A DNA stretch of 64,000 nt from Eutreptiella sp. 'Long Island Sound 2002' (lineage: Eukaryota > Protista > Euglenida): contig OZ038378.1 in NCBI GenBank assembly GCA_964036045.1, forward strand, positions 176,142,001 through 176,206,000. Direction: 5' to 3'. Each line of letters opens with the position of its first letter. Within the stretch, counting starts at the first letter, position 1. Shown piece after piece: positions 50,040 through 62,538 of the stretch. A program made the translations under genes and the position numbers. The notes below the pieces were generated by a model. That model was not told where the DNA came from. It worked only from the letters and a program-made list of their open reading frames with translations, and did not search any database.

Positions 50040-50465
50040 ACGGTGGGTCTGACAACTTGTGGAAAATCAAAGGCCGGAGGGTCCTCCGGCCTTGTTTCTA
50101 ATGTCCCCCTTTGGGAGGAGGTCCTTCACTTCTTGGACGACACCTTCCAGGAAGTGAAATGGGTCATGGTGCCCTCTCATGTAAATGTCATGGGTAACGA
50201 ACAGGCCAACACCCTGGCCAACCAGGGGCGAATTATCAAACCCTTGTATCCAGCTAAAGGCACGCCACACGGCCGCCGTCAACACCACACATGTACCCCC
50301 CACAGAACAGCCAAGAAGCCCAAACTACCAGCTCGGGAGTTGTCTCCAATCGGGCCTCTTGCCCTTGACTTTGATGGTGTCGCGGACCCCAGCGGTCACA
50401 GCGACACGCTGACTCCGGTGCTACCCCCATCCCCCCCACCGTGTCTCAGTGATCTAGGCCTATAG
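50040..50465 (+). pseudogene. Second LINE 3' fragment (RNase H C-terminus) related to 48395-48900
   Basis: GLVSNVPLWEEVLHFLD...VKWVMVPSHVNVMGNEQANTLANQGRIIKPLY parallels GPVCHVDLWIRALDLVD...VNWLRMPSHTDIPGNERADVVAEQGRISSPLY. Confidence 0.75.
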
Positions 50466-50782
50466 TGCATGCGTGATGAGGTGGACAGTCTCTCTCCGGT
50501 ACACTCTGTTTTAACTTTCCTGCACACCCCGTTCCCCGCACGGTCTGACTCTTATTTCTCCTCCCCTGAGGTTCGCCGGCCCTCGACCTCTTGCAGTGAG
50601 AGGGGGACTCCCCTAGGGAGACACCCCCGCCCCCCGGCACGAAACCTGTTCTACCGTAGAGACGCCGCCCGCAGCCCCTCGACCTCGTGCACCGAACAAT
50701 GATTATTGCCCCTTTCTACTTTCCTACTGATTCCACGGCGCGTGGTACGGCTCCTCCCTGTCATAGGAGTACATAGAACGCT

Positions 50783-51371
50783 TGGTGTAGTTGGTAGTGC
50801 ACTCGTCCCCAATCCCACGGGGGTGGTTCGAACCCCGGTGAGGATATGGATCCAACGAACGATCCATCCACGAGTTTACATTTTTCGCAGCCTAATGATC
50901 TAGGCCGTGTTTTAGGCACATATGCATGGCAATACAAGCATGCCTGAAAGTGCACGGGGGCCCGGCCCCGCAGTGCGCTCCGTCCTCGCGGCCCGTCGCG
51001 AACCGTGGAGGCGACGGCGCCGGCCGCCCCATGAACAGCTGTTGTTCTTGGTATACCGGAAGAGAGCATCCACTTGGCACCGCTAGTGTTTTGCTTCATA
51101 ATCAGCTGGTGGTCTTGGTTTCGGGTTTTATTCCACATCGGTAGCGTAGCATAATGGAAGTGCACGGGGGCTTCGTCCCGGAGGGCGTAGGTTCGATGCC
51201 CGCCGTGGAGACAATGGCGCCGACGGCCCCACTCTTACTTTTCTTGCTTGTGACAAACCCTCTAACGGGACACATGTGGGTGTAAGCAGATGAGCGCGTT
51301 AATAAGCCACCATCGTTGCACTGTAGTGGACAGTCACCCCACCCTGGGTTCCTGGGGGTAGGTTCGAATCC
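50783..51371 (+). other. Cluster of three degenerate tRNA-like modules (50783-50835, 51140-51210, 51317-51371) plus a partial fourth near 50945
   Basis: A/B pairs TGGTGTAGTTGG/GGTTCGAACCC, TAGCATAATGG/GGTTCGATGCC and TGCACTGTAGTGG/GGTTCGAATCC, each 42-44 nt apart; stems are mismatched. Confidence 0.6.
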
Positions 51372-52589
51372 TGGGGCTCGTAACTGGTGGGTTTGGCGAC
51401 ATCGTCCATAGATATCTCCCTCCCGTTGGCCACTTTGTTTGCCTTGTGTTCACCTTCCACGTTTCTGGAGTCGGTAGGTGTACAGGGATGACAGCCGTGA
51501 ACAGGTTATGGCTCCTCCCTGCTTGTCTGGTGCTATCTGCATGGCCTGCTTTTTTACAGGTACTTGCATTTCGCCCGGTACCACACGTTATATACTGTAC
51601 ATAACAAGCTGTATCTTACTTTCTTCCTGGATGTAACATAGCAGTTTGATTGTGTACGGAACTCTTGGAACATTGGCTGGAACTGCCTGGGCGGGGGCAT
51701 CCAGTATCTATTACCGACCATGATTGAGCCAGCCTGACAACTTGTGGGTGGTGCCCTATGCCGGGCAGAACCCTCCGGCGGGCACAGTGCTCAGCCCCCC
51801 CACCCCCCCCGGCACCCTCCTCTCCCTCCTAGCTCTAGTTGAGTCACCCATACTAGAGTTACCCTCCGGAGTAGCCTGTGGGGGTAGCCTGGGGCTCAGG
51901 AGGGGGTTCAGGGTGCCCCCCCCCCCCCATCTCCTCTCCTTGCACACTCACCCAGGTTCTGGTTTTGGGTTCTATTATCCTGCTATCCTGCTCAAAGTCA
52001 TGATGCCTTGGGCTTTGTGGGCCAGCTATTGGTTAGAGTCGTCGGCTGTCAAGCCTGGTGACCTGTGCCCCTGGGATGGCCCCCCTAAAAAAATAGCCCG
52101 TCCATCCATCCATCCATCCATCTCCAGACAAGCTCGGGTGAGCATTTATCATCAAGTAATGTCAATCTGAAATCAGACACATCTTCATCTGACGGGCCTG
52201 TTTGCTCAGGCACAACCTCAGTCCACAGCTCGTTAACCACTTTCAGTCAGTGTGATTCGCACGGTAGTATCAGCTCAAACTCATCTGATACAGCCTCCAC
52301 TGCCAGCTTGCATCATTGAGACATCGTGGATGATCCCCAAAACGCTTGGGAGAACCTGAGGCTAGTAGAGTTGGAAACCCCGGTTTGACCAAGCCAACGT
52401 CGCAGGTTGAATACACCCAGCACAGATGTGAGCTCATGGCCTTACCTGAACAGTCCACGGTTATCCTTTTCCTCTGATCGCCACACGCCGGTGATAGATT
52501 CTGACTAGCGAACTATCCCCCCCCCCCCTGAAGGAAAGACCGTGCTGGATTTGTAACATTTTCGCGCTAAATAGCACAAGAGGCATGGA

Positions 52590-52645
52590 CGGTCTAGTAG
52601 TATGCGCCATGGACCGGCAATCGTCGTCGTCGGGGGTTCAAACCC
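52590..52645 (+). other. Degenerate tRNA-like module
   Basis: CGGTCTAGTAGTATG ... GGTTCAAACCC, 45-nt spacing. Confidence 0.45.
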
Positions 52646-52886
52646 CGGTTCCTCCGTCCGTCCAGGGGCCCGTTGGCGAGGTCCCCGCCACCGCCCCCTT
52701 CAGCATCCCCCTCCACCATCGGTACCGCCGGTGGATGGGTGGCGTGACTCGTCCTTGTAGTTTTTTCTTTCCGGAATCATACCACATAGGAAAACAAGGC
52801 ACCAGGCACCGCATACCTGCAGCAATTCGCCCCGCCATTGGCACCGCCGGCCGACGGGAGCCGCATCTCCTCCTCGATTTCCCCTT

Positions 52887-52945
52887 GGGGATTCGAACTG
52901 GCGTCTTCAAGGCAGCAGCCGGCTGCACAGCCGCTACAGTCTGAG
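52887..52945 (-). other. Degenerate tRNA-like module, minus strand
   Basis: Minus strand reads AGACTGTAGCGGCTGTGCAGC...AGTTCGAATCC; shares AGACTGTAG and GTGCAGC with the 56860-56921 module. Confidence 0.4.
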
Positions 52946-53989
52946 GCCAAAAACTTATCCAACAGGCAGCTAGCTTTCAGCAAGCTACAGTCAGGCATAT
53001 CTTGTCGTCATGGTCCGAATACAGGTATCACAAAGGCTGGGCCTACGGCTCCCTCACACACCGTCACTTGCCCTCACTCAGCATGAAGCACACAAGTATC
53101 TTCCTAAGGCTTTGATTGTACCAACCACGGTACACCCATACCCCCCACGCTCTTCCCCTGGAGCGAAGTCCTAGTCCAGGTTACTTGGCCGAGGAGTGCC
53201 AGCACACACAAGGTGGCTCGGATGCAGGATGGCAGCAACGGGGCGCCTTTTCCTGTTTTGTAGCATATAAACACGGACGTGTTGACAAAATAAAGGCCAT
53301 CAGGTGCAGACAATTGTATGGTAGCACGCGTGTATCATACCTATGATCATGCGGAACTGCCGGACATTGCTGCATATGCATACCAGGACGTGCATGTTTA
53401 TGGCGCTTTGAGACCTGCTTGCGCCCCCCGACATGCTCAACATACAAATACACTACAAAAACCCACTGCACACTGTGCACTTTGCACTTTCCACCCCAAC
53501 TATGCACTCCCCACGCCACCAGCCCATGCACCACACGGCCTCATGGAAGACAATGGCATTTCTTTTGGCCAGGTCAATCGGCCATGGAGGGCATGAATTG
53601 AAGCAACCTCGCGTCAGAGTTTAGAGATAGAGGGTCTGATCTCGGGAAGGAGCCTAAGTCGTAAACAGGCTCGTTGATGTCCACTGGCCACACGCGCCAA
53701 ACTTGACGCACCCCATGCGACATACAGAACACTGACACACATGGCATGCCAATTGGATTTCTTGACATCTCCCGGTAAGATCATACCAGCCCACCGGATA
53801 CAGGCACAAATACTTGGCAAATATTTGTAAATGCTGGTTTACGGGTGGAAGCCCCTCCCCCCCGGCTCTCAACACGGAGACAGGGGGTCTGGGAGGGCTG
53901 TTTGTAAGTTGCAGGTGCTGTGCGCTTTGGTTCAGGCGCTGTTTGCTGGTTTCTTCGTTTTTCTTTGACGGATTGCACGCCCCATGGAG

Positions 53990-54451
53990 GCGTACAGGCA
54001 GCAACGAGATGTTGCCAGGGCGCAATGGGAGTACGAAAAACAGAACAACCCCGACTCGGGGCGAATCCGGTGCCTCAACTTCCTTGAGAAAGGCGGACAG
54101 ATCTGTCGGGGCATACTGCAGCAGGTGGTGCTGTCGGTCTTGTTCGACGTGGTGGTCTACGTCCTCATTCTGCTCAACGTTGGGGCCCTTTGGATGACCA
54201 TCCCCGCGTACCGGGGTATGGCGGTGAACGACGCAGGCCTCATGATCATCCTCGTCTGCAACATTTTCTTCGCCATCGAAATTGTCCTCAGGATGGGGGC
54301 CTTTGGCCTGTGGAAGCCTCATGACCCGCCCCTCCCACGCAAGCCCTTCTTTCGGAGCATCCTGAACATCATTGAACTCGTCGTCTGCATCATGGCCTTC
54401 GCCGTGCCGGACAAGGTGTACACGGCGGTGCGGGCGTTGCGCTTCCTCAAG
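53990..54451 (+). CDS. Exon of a voltage-gated-type cation channel (S1-S4 of an Ion_trans repeat)
   Basis: Pyrimidine tract and branch-like TTGAC, then atggag|GCG; donor AAG|gtccgc, phase 0. FDVVVYVLILLN (S1), NIFFAIEIVLRMGAFG (S2), FFRSILNIIELVV (S3), AVRALRFLK (S4). Confidence 0.9.
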
Positions 54452-55286
54452 GTCCGCTTTGTTCATCTTCTGCCATCACAAAATGTTTGCAACACAAGAC
54501 AAATACATTTCTAGGTGACAGAGGGGAAGCTTTGCTTGTTTTGCTGTGAAAGACCGCCTGTTAGAGACCGCTGGATTGTGCTCCGACTGCGGTTGGCAGT
54601 TCCATCGGGGCAACGGACGCCAATTTGAAATCCTATCGCCGGACCCCCTTGACACGCCAGGGGTGGGGGTGTTGCCCGAAGCACACATTCCGATGTTGAC
54701 CCTGGGCGCAAACCCACGACCTCTGGATCGGCGTTCGGGCGGTGCTTGGGCCCTTTGGACTTTCTCCTGGTCCCAGTGGACCACCTGTGCCCTTTCCAAG
54801 TTCCTATCCTGAAGCATTGGGTATAGGAGCTGGTATAGCCAGTCTGCCCGCTGGAGTTTCTTGGCAATGGGTTTTATTTTGGAGGTACGGATGCCACGTT
54901 GGTCGTGCTCCATACAGAAAAGATGATGTGTTGCCAGTGGCTAGTGGTCAGCCAATTCACTAGATTCTTCCCCTCAACGCATGTGGATCACCACGTGCAG
55001 CTCGGTTTCCCTGACTACGACCTCACGTAGGTTTTACTTCTACGACCTCACGTGGTTGTCGTGGTAATTTGGTGAGGAATTGGTGGCAAGACCGCAGTTC
55101 TGTGCATTGTAGGGGGCATAAACCACATAAAGTGCTTTATGTGTGTGTGGGGGGGGGGATAGGGTTTTCGAGGAATATCAGCATCAGCCGCCCCTGTCCT
55201 CTAGCACCCGCAGCTGCGCATCACAGCCCGCTCTTTTACATGTATGTTAAGGCTCCTTCAGGCAGAAGTACCCCATAATTTTCAAT

Positions 55287-55900
55287 GTGCAGACATCAAA
55301 ACAGGTCTGCGGTTGGTTCATTTTTGTGTTAGAAAAAGGTGCCCGATCCCTGGCAGAGGTCAACTGCGAAAAGCAATTTGACAACATTGCCCCTTCTGCA
55401 GTGCTGAAATCCTTCTCAGAAGCATCACAGTGGCTTTACAAAGTAAAAAGATGGAGACAGACAACCCCTAGACAGCCCTGCAATGGTCAATAAACAAAGA
55501 TACCCCCAAGCTGGACAGGGCAGGCCAGGCAGTCAGTGCACGTTTCTGGCACATGACGCATGATATGCTGACGCGCCTGCTGCGTTCAGAGTGCAGACCT
55601 TCACACACTATGGAAATCAAAAGGGCTGGAAAGCGCCTGCGGGACTGGGGTGAACTGCATGTCAGCGACACCGGGTATGTTTACTGGTCACAGGGCAACG
55701 TTTGGTTCAGTCTTTGCCGGTTCCGTGACAATGTGTTGATCGCCTGCAACCTTCCCGCAGCGGCTGACACCCTGTTGATACAAACCATCTGTGACACATT
55801 GTCTGAAATATGGGACCTCGAAGTGCTGTGCGACTGTCTGGATGCAGGGCAGCCTGCATGCATAGGACAATGCCCTGGGGATCTGCATGTCCTTGGGAGG
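55287..55900 (+). pseudogene. Decayed RT fragment (Penelope-like or related) with RFRDN at the catalytic position
   Basis: EVNCEKQFDNI, frameshift, LQWSINKDTPKLDRAG...LTRLL, deletion of the QxxGxPxG motif, then SLCRFRDNVLIA. Inside a channel intron. Confidence 0.5.
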
Positions 55901-56623
55901 TGGTGTTGGTACCAGCTCAACCCACCCATCGGCTCTCTCAGCCGGCTGGTCGCTCTGATGCAGCAAAGCATTAATCCACCCAAAAAGGGGAGCACGTGAG
56001 TACCTCCCCTGCTTTTTTATCAGCAGTCTGACTGCATCCCTGCCATCGCAGACCACCTAGTTGGCCCAAATCTTATCTGCTCTGGCGTAGGCACAAGTGG
56101 CACTAGCAAGCGACCACCCACGGATGGTGGTAATGAGGGCTTTGCACAAATCAGTGCACCGTGTGTATTCGGCGTCACCCTGGTGTGCCAACAACACTAT
56201 GCGCGAGGTCTATGCGATAGCTCACCACTAGCCTTGCAAACAACACCAGGCAGTCACCCTCTTAATCCACTGGCTCAACCAAAACGCAAAATGGGACGGC
56301 CCACAGTACACCGACACAGTAATTCTTCCCCAGTTTCAAGCTGAAGGGTACAGCCCAGCGTGGTGCGCCGACATGCATCTGCTACACAGCCGATCAGAAC
56401 CCTAGCTATCGGCCCGCCGCGCCCTGCCGGGCTCTGTGTGTGTGCGGTTAGGGGGAGACACCTAACACTGGTTGCGTTGGACAATTTTGAACACAAACTC
56501 CTCCATGGATTGATTTGTTGGTCTGTCTGGTGCAGAACTATTCAGTGACACGGGTGAGGGCACAGGGATGAATCTGTATCACACTGAACCCACTGTCCAG
56601 GACTGCACTTTCTCATTCTCTAC

Positions 56624-57551
56624 CAGGCTTCGTTTATAAGGAATTAAGTTAACTGGGGGGGGGGGGTCTGGGTGGGTGCCCCAGCCTAGGTGGGTGGGTC
56701 AAAAGTCTGGGACCCCCCTCCCTGTTAGAACTGTACTCTGGGTGGGTGGGTCTGTAGTCTAGGACCCCCCCGTTTAATGTCAGTGTGTAGGCGAGTGGCG
56801 CTTTTTTTTCGATTTCGAATGTGTTCAACAACCTAAATGGGAGGTAACCAGAGCAGAACTAGACTGTAGTTGAACGGTAGTGCAGCTGTGTGCAGATTTT
56901 TAAGGTCTGTGGTTCAATTCCTAGTGAGGATATTTGTTTTGAGCTCCGCTTTTTTTTCGCTTTTTTTGCAAGGTTCGGAGCTACAGTGACGCTTTTTTTT
57001 CGCTTTTTTTGCAAGGTTCGGAGCTACAGTGACATTTTTTGTCTTGCCATTGGGGTCGCTCTGTGTGTTTCTGCAGACCCCCATTGTTTGCTTTGCTATG
57101 CAGCAGCCTGGGAACTACCGCTGCGGTTGTAGAGTGCTCATATCCAATGTGGGAAAGGCTGAGCGTGAGCACTTCAAAAGTGATCGACACCAAAAATGGG
57201 TGAAGAGCCAGCAGACTACAAAGACTCTTTCAGCGTTTTTTATGAAGGAGCAGAAGCCTGTGGGCAGCAGCAGCAGCAGCAGTAGCATTACAAACACCAG
57301 CAACAACTACAACACCAACAGCAGCAGCAGCAATATCAACTGCAGCAGTGGTGGCAGCAACAACAATGCCAGCAGCAGCAGCAGCAGCAGCAGTAGCAGT
57401 GGGCTGGGGAGCCGTTCAGCCCCTGGAGAGCGCCTCAACCGCCCCCTCAAATGTTTATAAGGGTCGGGGGGGTCTGGGTGGGTGGCTTGGTCTTGGGTGG
57501 GTGGGTGCCTCAAAATCCCAAAACCCCCCAGCCCCTTATAAACGAAGTCTG
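56624..57551 (+). mobile_element. Non-autonomous hAT element (928 bp), 18-bp TIR, perfect 8-bp TSD
   Basis: CAGGCTTCGTTTATAAGG / CCTTATAAACGAAGTCTG (1 mismatch); TSD ttctctac at 56616-56623 and 57552-57559. Contains a tRNA-like module (56867-56921), a ~45-bp tandem duplication, a Cys/His finger-like exon and CAG/CAA repeats. Confidence 0.9.
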
Positions 57552-58579
57552 TTCTCTACCAACAGACCGACAGACGTCTAGGACAGCTCTGCTGTTCCTG
57601 AGGAGTTTTCTTTCAACCACCTTTCTTGCTCTGTTCTTTTTTGGCGGTTCCCAGCATACGTGTGTGGCGGCGCACAAACTGCATCAGAGGTAGATAGTTT
57701 ACCACCGGATCCGTTATCATCTATAAGTCTGCTTTATTGAACAAGCTGCCCAGCACGCATCATGTGGTCAACAATGTTGAGGGGATGGGGTGGCGGCCAG
57801 CCTTCACTCCTTGAATAGTTTCTTGTGGGGTGCAGTGGCGCCGCGTGACCCGACAGAAGTTGGTAGTTCACTGATGGCAGTCACTGCACTGACGCTCTTG
57901 AAGTTTACGTGCGACAGAGTGCAACACTTTTGCATTTTTTGAAAAAATTGAATCTCACTCACAAGTGCGAAGGAGCCTCAGAGGCGTTTCGGGGAATCCT
58001 AATTGGCTAATCCAAGCGTGGCTGGTTGTGGTTGTACAGAGACATTATTCGTACTGTCCACTGAGCCTGTTTTCTCTAACCTACATCTTTCTTGATTTTC
58101 TGGCGTTTGCCATTGACCTATATGAACCTGTGCAGAGTGCAGAGCCGGAAAAGTAGCACCCCTCATATGGCGAGTGTCTGTTTTGTGGAGTGGGGGCAAG
58201 GACAGCCTGCCCCCCCTTGCAGCCGACTGCATTATGCCCATGACGCAAACCCAGGCACCGCACTCCATCGGTCCCCCCAGTCACGATTCAATGTTTTCGT
58301 CGTCCCCAACGCAAGTCAGCATTGTTTTGAGGGGATTCTGGTTGGAAAGCGGGCCTGTTTCATGGTTGTGAGGGACGTGTGTGGACATAGCAGCTTTTTG
58401 CTGTCATTTTGTGCTCCAGTTTGTGGCAATGACTGCTATTTGCGGTCGGAGTGTGTCACATTCCCTGGCAGGTGATGCACAAACACAGGCGTGTCCCCCA
58501 TGATACCCTCGTTTTTGGGACCTGGCCCGTGCTTGCGCAACCGAGGTGAGGGGCACTGTGTCTGCATGCGCCCTTGCAG

Positions 58580-58870
58580 GTCAACGAAACGACTGTGCCC
58601 GTGTCATGGCATCTTCGGGTGCTGATGGGCACCTCAGCCCTGTCCTTCGGCAGCTCGCTCAAAGTGATGTTTCTCACGGTCATCATTTGCATGTGGTGGG
58701 GCATCCTGGGCATTTGGCTATTGGGAGGCCTGAATCACGCCCGCTGCTTTGACACCTCGCTTCCTGCGGACCAGTGCTGCAACTACTCTGACCTCACCGT
58801 CACCAACGAAACCTGTCAATTTCTGCAGCAATTTCTGCAATACGACGAGCTGCCTTGCGGCACGAAGGAG
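58580..58870 (+). CDS. Channel exon (S4-S5 linker, S5, Cys-rich extracellular loop)
   Basis: cttgcag|GTC...GAG|gtattg, phase 0/0. LKVMFLTVIICMWWGILGIWLLGGLNHARC...LPCGTKE continues the 54451 exon in frame. Confidence 0.9.
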
Positions 58871-59185
58871 GTATTGCGATGCGCATCCCCTTCACGTGTT
58901 GGGAGGGCTTAGGATGCATTTTGGGGTGTAGGCAACGGCAACCCCCCCCCCCCCCCCAAACCTCCTTCAGATACCAAAGGTCTCTGCTGCGGAGTTTTGG
59001 ATTTTGACCCTCAAAAGCCCTCTCGGTCGGGTGCCATATTTTTGAGAATCGGCGTCTCAGCATATTCTGTCCACATGACTCAGTGAAGGTCGCAAGACAC
59101 TTTACTTGGCTACTCTTCTGTGCCCTGCCTCGCACATACTACCCCCCTCCCCCCCGGGTCCAAGCTGCACCATGTACAAGCTACA

Positions 59186-59880
59186 GGGGGAGCGTTAGCG
59201 CGCTGGGCATCTTTTTTGACCCGTGCCCCACCGGTGACCTTTTAGGGGGTGCACTAAGCGGAGTGCGCGCGCAGTGCAACTATTTGGACGTCTAGCTGTC
59301 CTAGAACCCCATACTTTGTGATACTATGGGCATTATTGTTGTTTGACAACAGGTATTTTGATGCTTCTTTCACATTCGGGATATGGTATATTTGGATTCT
59401 CACCCAGTTTCACCAATTTTCTTCCTTTTTTTTGCTCGTTTCCACCACATGCACTCCTTACTAGGTTGATTTCTCCACACCATGGAGACCCCAAGAAAGC
59501 AGGGGTAATGTAGCCATATTGATTTCTCCCCACCATGGGGACCCCGAGAAGGCAGGGATGATGTAGCGAATGCTGAGTTTGCGCTTCGTTCTTGTGGCGT
59601 GAGGCAGAAACGCCGTCCAAACCGCTTGCGGCTTGGGGACTCATTACCATAGCGAAATCTATGGGAAAGGTAAAGGCAAAGTACCGTTTGTTAAGTACAA
59701 TACAAATGACATTTGGAGTTGTTGAATTCACAGCTATTGTCTAATTATGCAACGTGCTTTGTAGGGAAGGTGCGCAGTCCATCGTGGTCTATTTGGGGGG
59801 CCTTCTCCGTCAGAGGGTAAATCTCGGGCTGAAGTCGGGATAGTTAATAGAAAGGTAGCGCGCCGGGCAAACATTCCCCC
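59186..59880. mobile_element. MITE family B, copy 2 (3-bp TSD ACA)
   Basis: gggggagcgtt / aacattccccc; aca at 59183-59185 and 59881-59883; ends homologous to 11077-11708. Confidence 0.82.
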
Positions 59881-61285
59881 ACAAGGGCCCATGGACTGTA
59901 TTAATTTGGGTCTTGGTTTTGATGCGGTCGACGTGGGAAAGGTGAAGAGACGGCTTCAGAACTGTAGTTTGTGTGTTGCCCACCATAGCTTTTGATACCC
60001 TTGTGCCAAACACCTACACAACACACACATAGACGCATACGTCCATAAAATGGACAAGCACAGCAACAAAGAGGTTGTCAAAGGGTGTTTTGCCTCGGTA
60101 GGCCCCTAACAACAAAAACGTTGCGCGGCTAGCCACCTTTTTGTGGTATTTGGAGCGTGGCAGTATGCTCTGTGTCTTGAGAATACGGAGGAACAAACCC
60201 TCACCGGACTCTGGCGTTCGCAGCACTCACACATAGGCCCAGGTCCCTGGTCCTCAGGGGGGGCGGGGGGCTGGCACAAGCACGGACATGCACTGCACTG
60301 TCTCCTCATCATCGCTGTTATCGCCGCCAGTACTCCATTTGGGTTCCGGGCTCCCAGAGCAGCACTGAGTCTGGGCTCAACTGGTGGACGTATAGGTATG
60401 CATGCCACGCAGGGCAGGGTGCACACACCGCTGCGGAGGGTCAGAGGGGTGAAGTTCGAAAATCCCTTGGTGGACATGTTTGGGGACCAGAGTGATGAGT
60501 TTACAAGAGACTAAGCACCAATTTCATAGCTCTGCGAATACCCCCAGAAAGCGGGCTTATGGCGAGCGCCTGCCGATGATGTAACAATGCTATTCAAGGT
60601 GATGTTTGATTTTTGACACCCCAAGACCCCGGGATAGAGGTCCCTGTTACGAATCGGTGCTCACCGGTCCTCTGTTTCTGCCGGGGATGGGGCTGCTGAA
60701 CCACCAGGAACCTTGCACCCAATGGCCACTCACCAGCTCACCGCCTTTCTTGTGCGCAGAACCCCTGTGGTATTGCGAGGTGTTGTGCGGTGCCAGGACT
60801 TTTGCTTCTTCTGTGTTTGTTAATGGCACTTCTTCCGCCTTCTGAGTGTAAGATGGCACAACATCAGCCAACAGTCTTCATGGCATATGAATTTCATGAC
60901 GTCACGGACCCGAACCAAGTTGGTTCCTCAACGAACTTGACGTTGCTTGGAGGGGGCAGGGGCTTGTAGTCGCACCACGCACGGCCTGCATCAGGCCGCA
61001 GAACGTCCAAAGAATTGATATGAAGTCAGGCACATCAAATGGGGCGCACTCTCCATCAGTGGTTGACCACCAGCCCGCGGCCACCACCCTCGCCCCCAGA
61101 CAATGCATCTGTCCTGAAGAAAGCTCTGGGCGCCAGGCGGAGAATGCTCGTTCAGTGGCCCTGGTCTACCTTTAGCAATGCAAAAGCCTACCCGTGCATT
61201 GGTCCGTCACTGGGGACGCATGCAAGTCTCGTCCGGGGGCCGGCCTTCGATCACGCAATCCCACCTGCTCTGCCCACCCATACAG

Positions 61286-61600
61286 GTGCTCTACGCAACA
61301 GGCGACAGTTGTCCCGCGAACTCGGTGTGTGAGATCCGTGACTGCTTCCGCAGTGAGTTGCTCAACTACGACAACATATTCAATGCCCTCGTCATGAACC
61401 TCCAGCTGACCACGCGGAACAACATATGGCGTGTTTCCCTTGAGTATGAGGCGGCGGCGGGTGCAAACGTGTGGTGGTACTTCGCGTTCGCCATGATTGC
61501 AGGGTCCTACATCTCGATTTTGATGATAGTTGTGATCGGCAACAACTATTTCAATATCACGAGGCTGTTCAAGGATAAATTGAAGGGCCACGAGAACGAG
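61286..61600 (+). CDS. Channel exon (end of Cys loop, pore loop, S6); alternative in-phase donor at 61639
   Basis: catacag|GTG; GDSCPANSVC...NYDNIFNALVMNLQLTTRNNIW...WWYFAFAMIAGSYISILMIVVIGNNY. Donors GAG|gttgac (61601) and CGG|gtgagg (61640) are both phase 0. Confidence 0.88.
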
Positions 61601-62450
61601 GTTGACCACAAGAACTTGGAAGCAGGGGAGAGGGGTCGGGTGAGGCTGGTTGGGTGGTTGTGTGGCAGAGAATGGTGTGGCGAGTGCGCGCACGTGGGTC
61701 CTGGGGCTGAGTCTGTGCCCAAGGGGCAAAGAGCCGCGAGTAACCGCTCTTGAAACTGCTCTTTCCCCTTTCAGCAACTCGAGCCCTCAAGCTCAGCCCG
61801 AGGACCCACGTGCCTGCACTCACTAGATAGGCAAAGCCGCAGGCATGGGGTAGGCATGGGCAATATGACAAGCACTTTTTTTTTTCTACAGGAAACTTAT
61901 ACACGTGGGAGGCAGAGACGAGTGCATTGTGTACATGACAATGGTTTTTGAGTCGTTGCAAAATACAATGCCACACTGATATGATTCAGAAAATAAGTTG
62001 ACGCAATGCTTTCACGCCCCCAATGCCCTGCGTAGTGTTATGGGGCATTATATTGTATCGACGAACATGTACTCTACAACAGCGCACTCATACAAATCGT
62101 CACTTCTGTTTGCTTCTGGCACAGCATTAAGGGCAGCCCTGAACGATGGAATAAGTTCTTCCCGGCAAATGTTGGGCCAGCACAACTTTTTTTTTCTGTT
62201 TTGCGATTCCCTCCTGTTCAATTTTCCATTTTTGTCCCAATGACCTTCAGCTGTAGGGTCTTCAAGTGTACGCCCCCCACCTTGCGCACACAACCCACCC
62301 ACCCACCCACCCCGTAATGCCGTTGTTTTGTGGTCCTTTTTAGGATTGCTGTCTTTCTGCTCTAAAATGCAACTGCATGGCATTTTGAGGTTGTTGGTCG
62401 TATTTCGAGGTTGGGTCATGTTTTTTTAGAGCAAGCTCTATTCTGCAAAG

Positions 62451-62538
62451 GATGTTGTCGATGATGAGTTTCCCAAAGTCGAGCAAGCCCAACTCCGTGC
62501 CAAAGCCTCCGCCGCCGCTCCAAAGCGTTCACCAAAAG
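62451..62538 (+). CDS. Candidate channel linker exon ending at a GC donor
   Basis: ttctgcaaag|GAT...AAA G|gcaagc, phase 0 to 1: DVVDDEFPKVEQAQLRAKASAAAPKRSPK. Confidence 0.6.

Noticed and set aside
51140-51210. Functional tRNA-Glu(TTC) gene
   Set aside because: The acceptor stem has 3 mismatches, the T and anticodon stems are mismatched, and there is no U33 context; treated as a degenerate module.
60143-60514. ORF as an extra channel exon
   Set aside because: Exon 58580-58870 joins 61286 directly in phase and gives a continuous Cys loop; this ORF has no channel motifs and looks like an intronic repeat fragment of unknown family.
60838-60852. Euglenid spliced-leader-like TTCTGAGTGT
   Set aside because: Only a ~10-nt match that does not extend; expected by chance.
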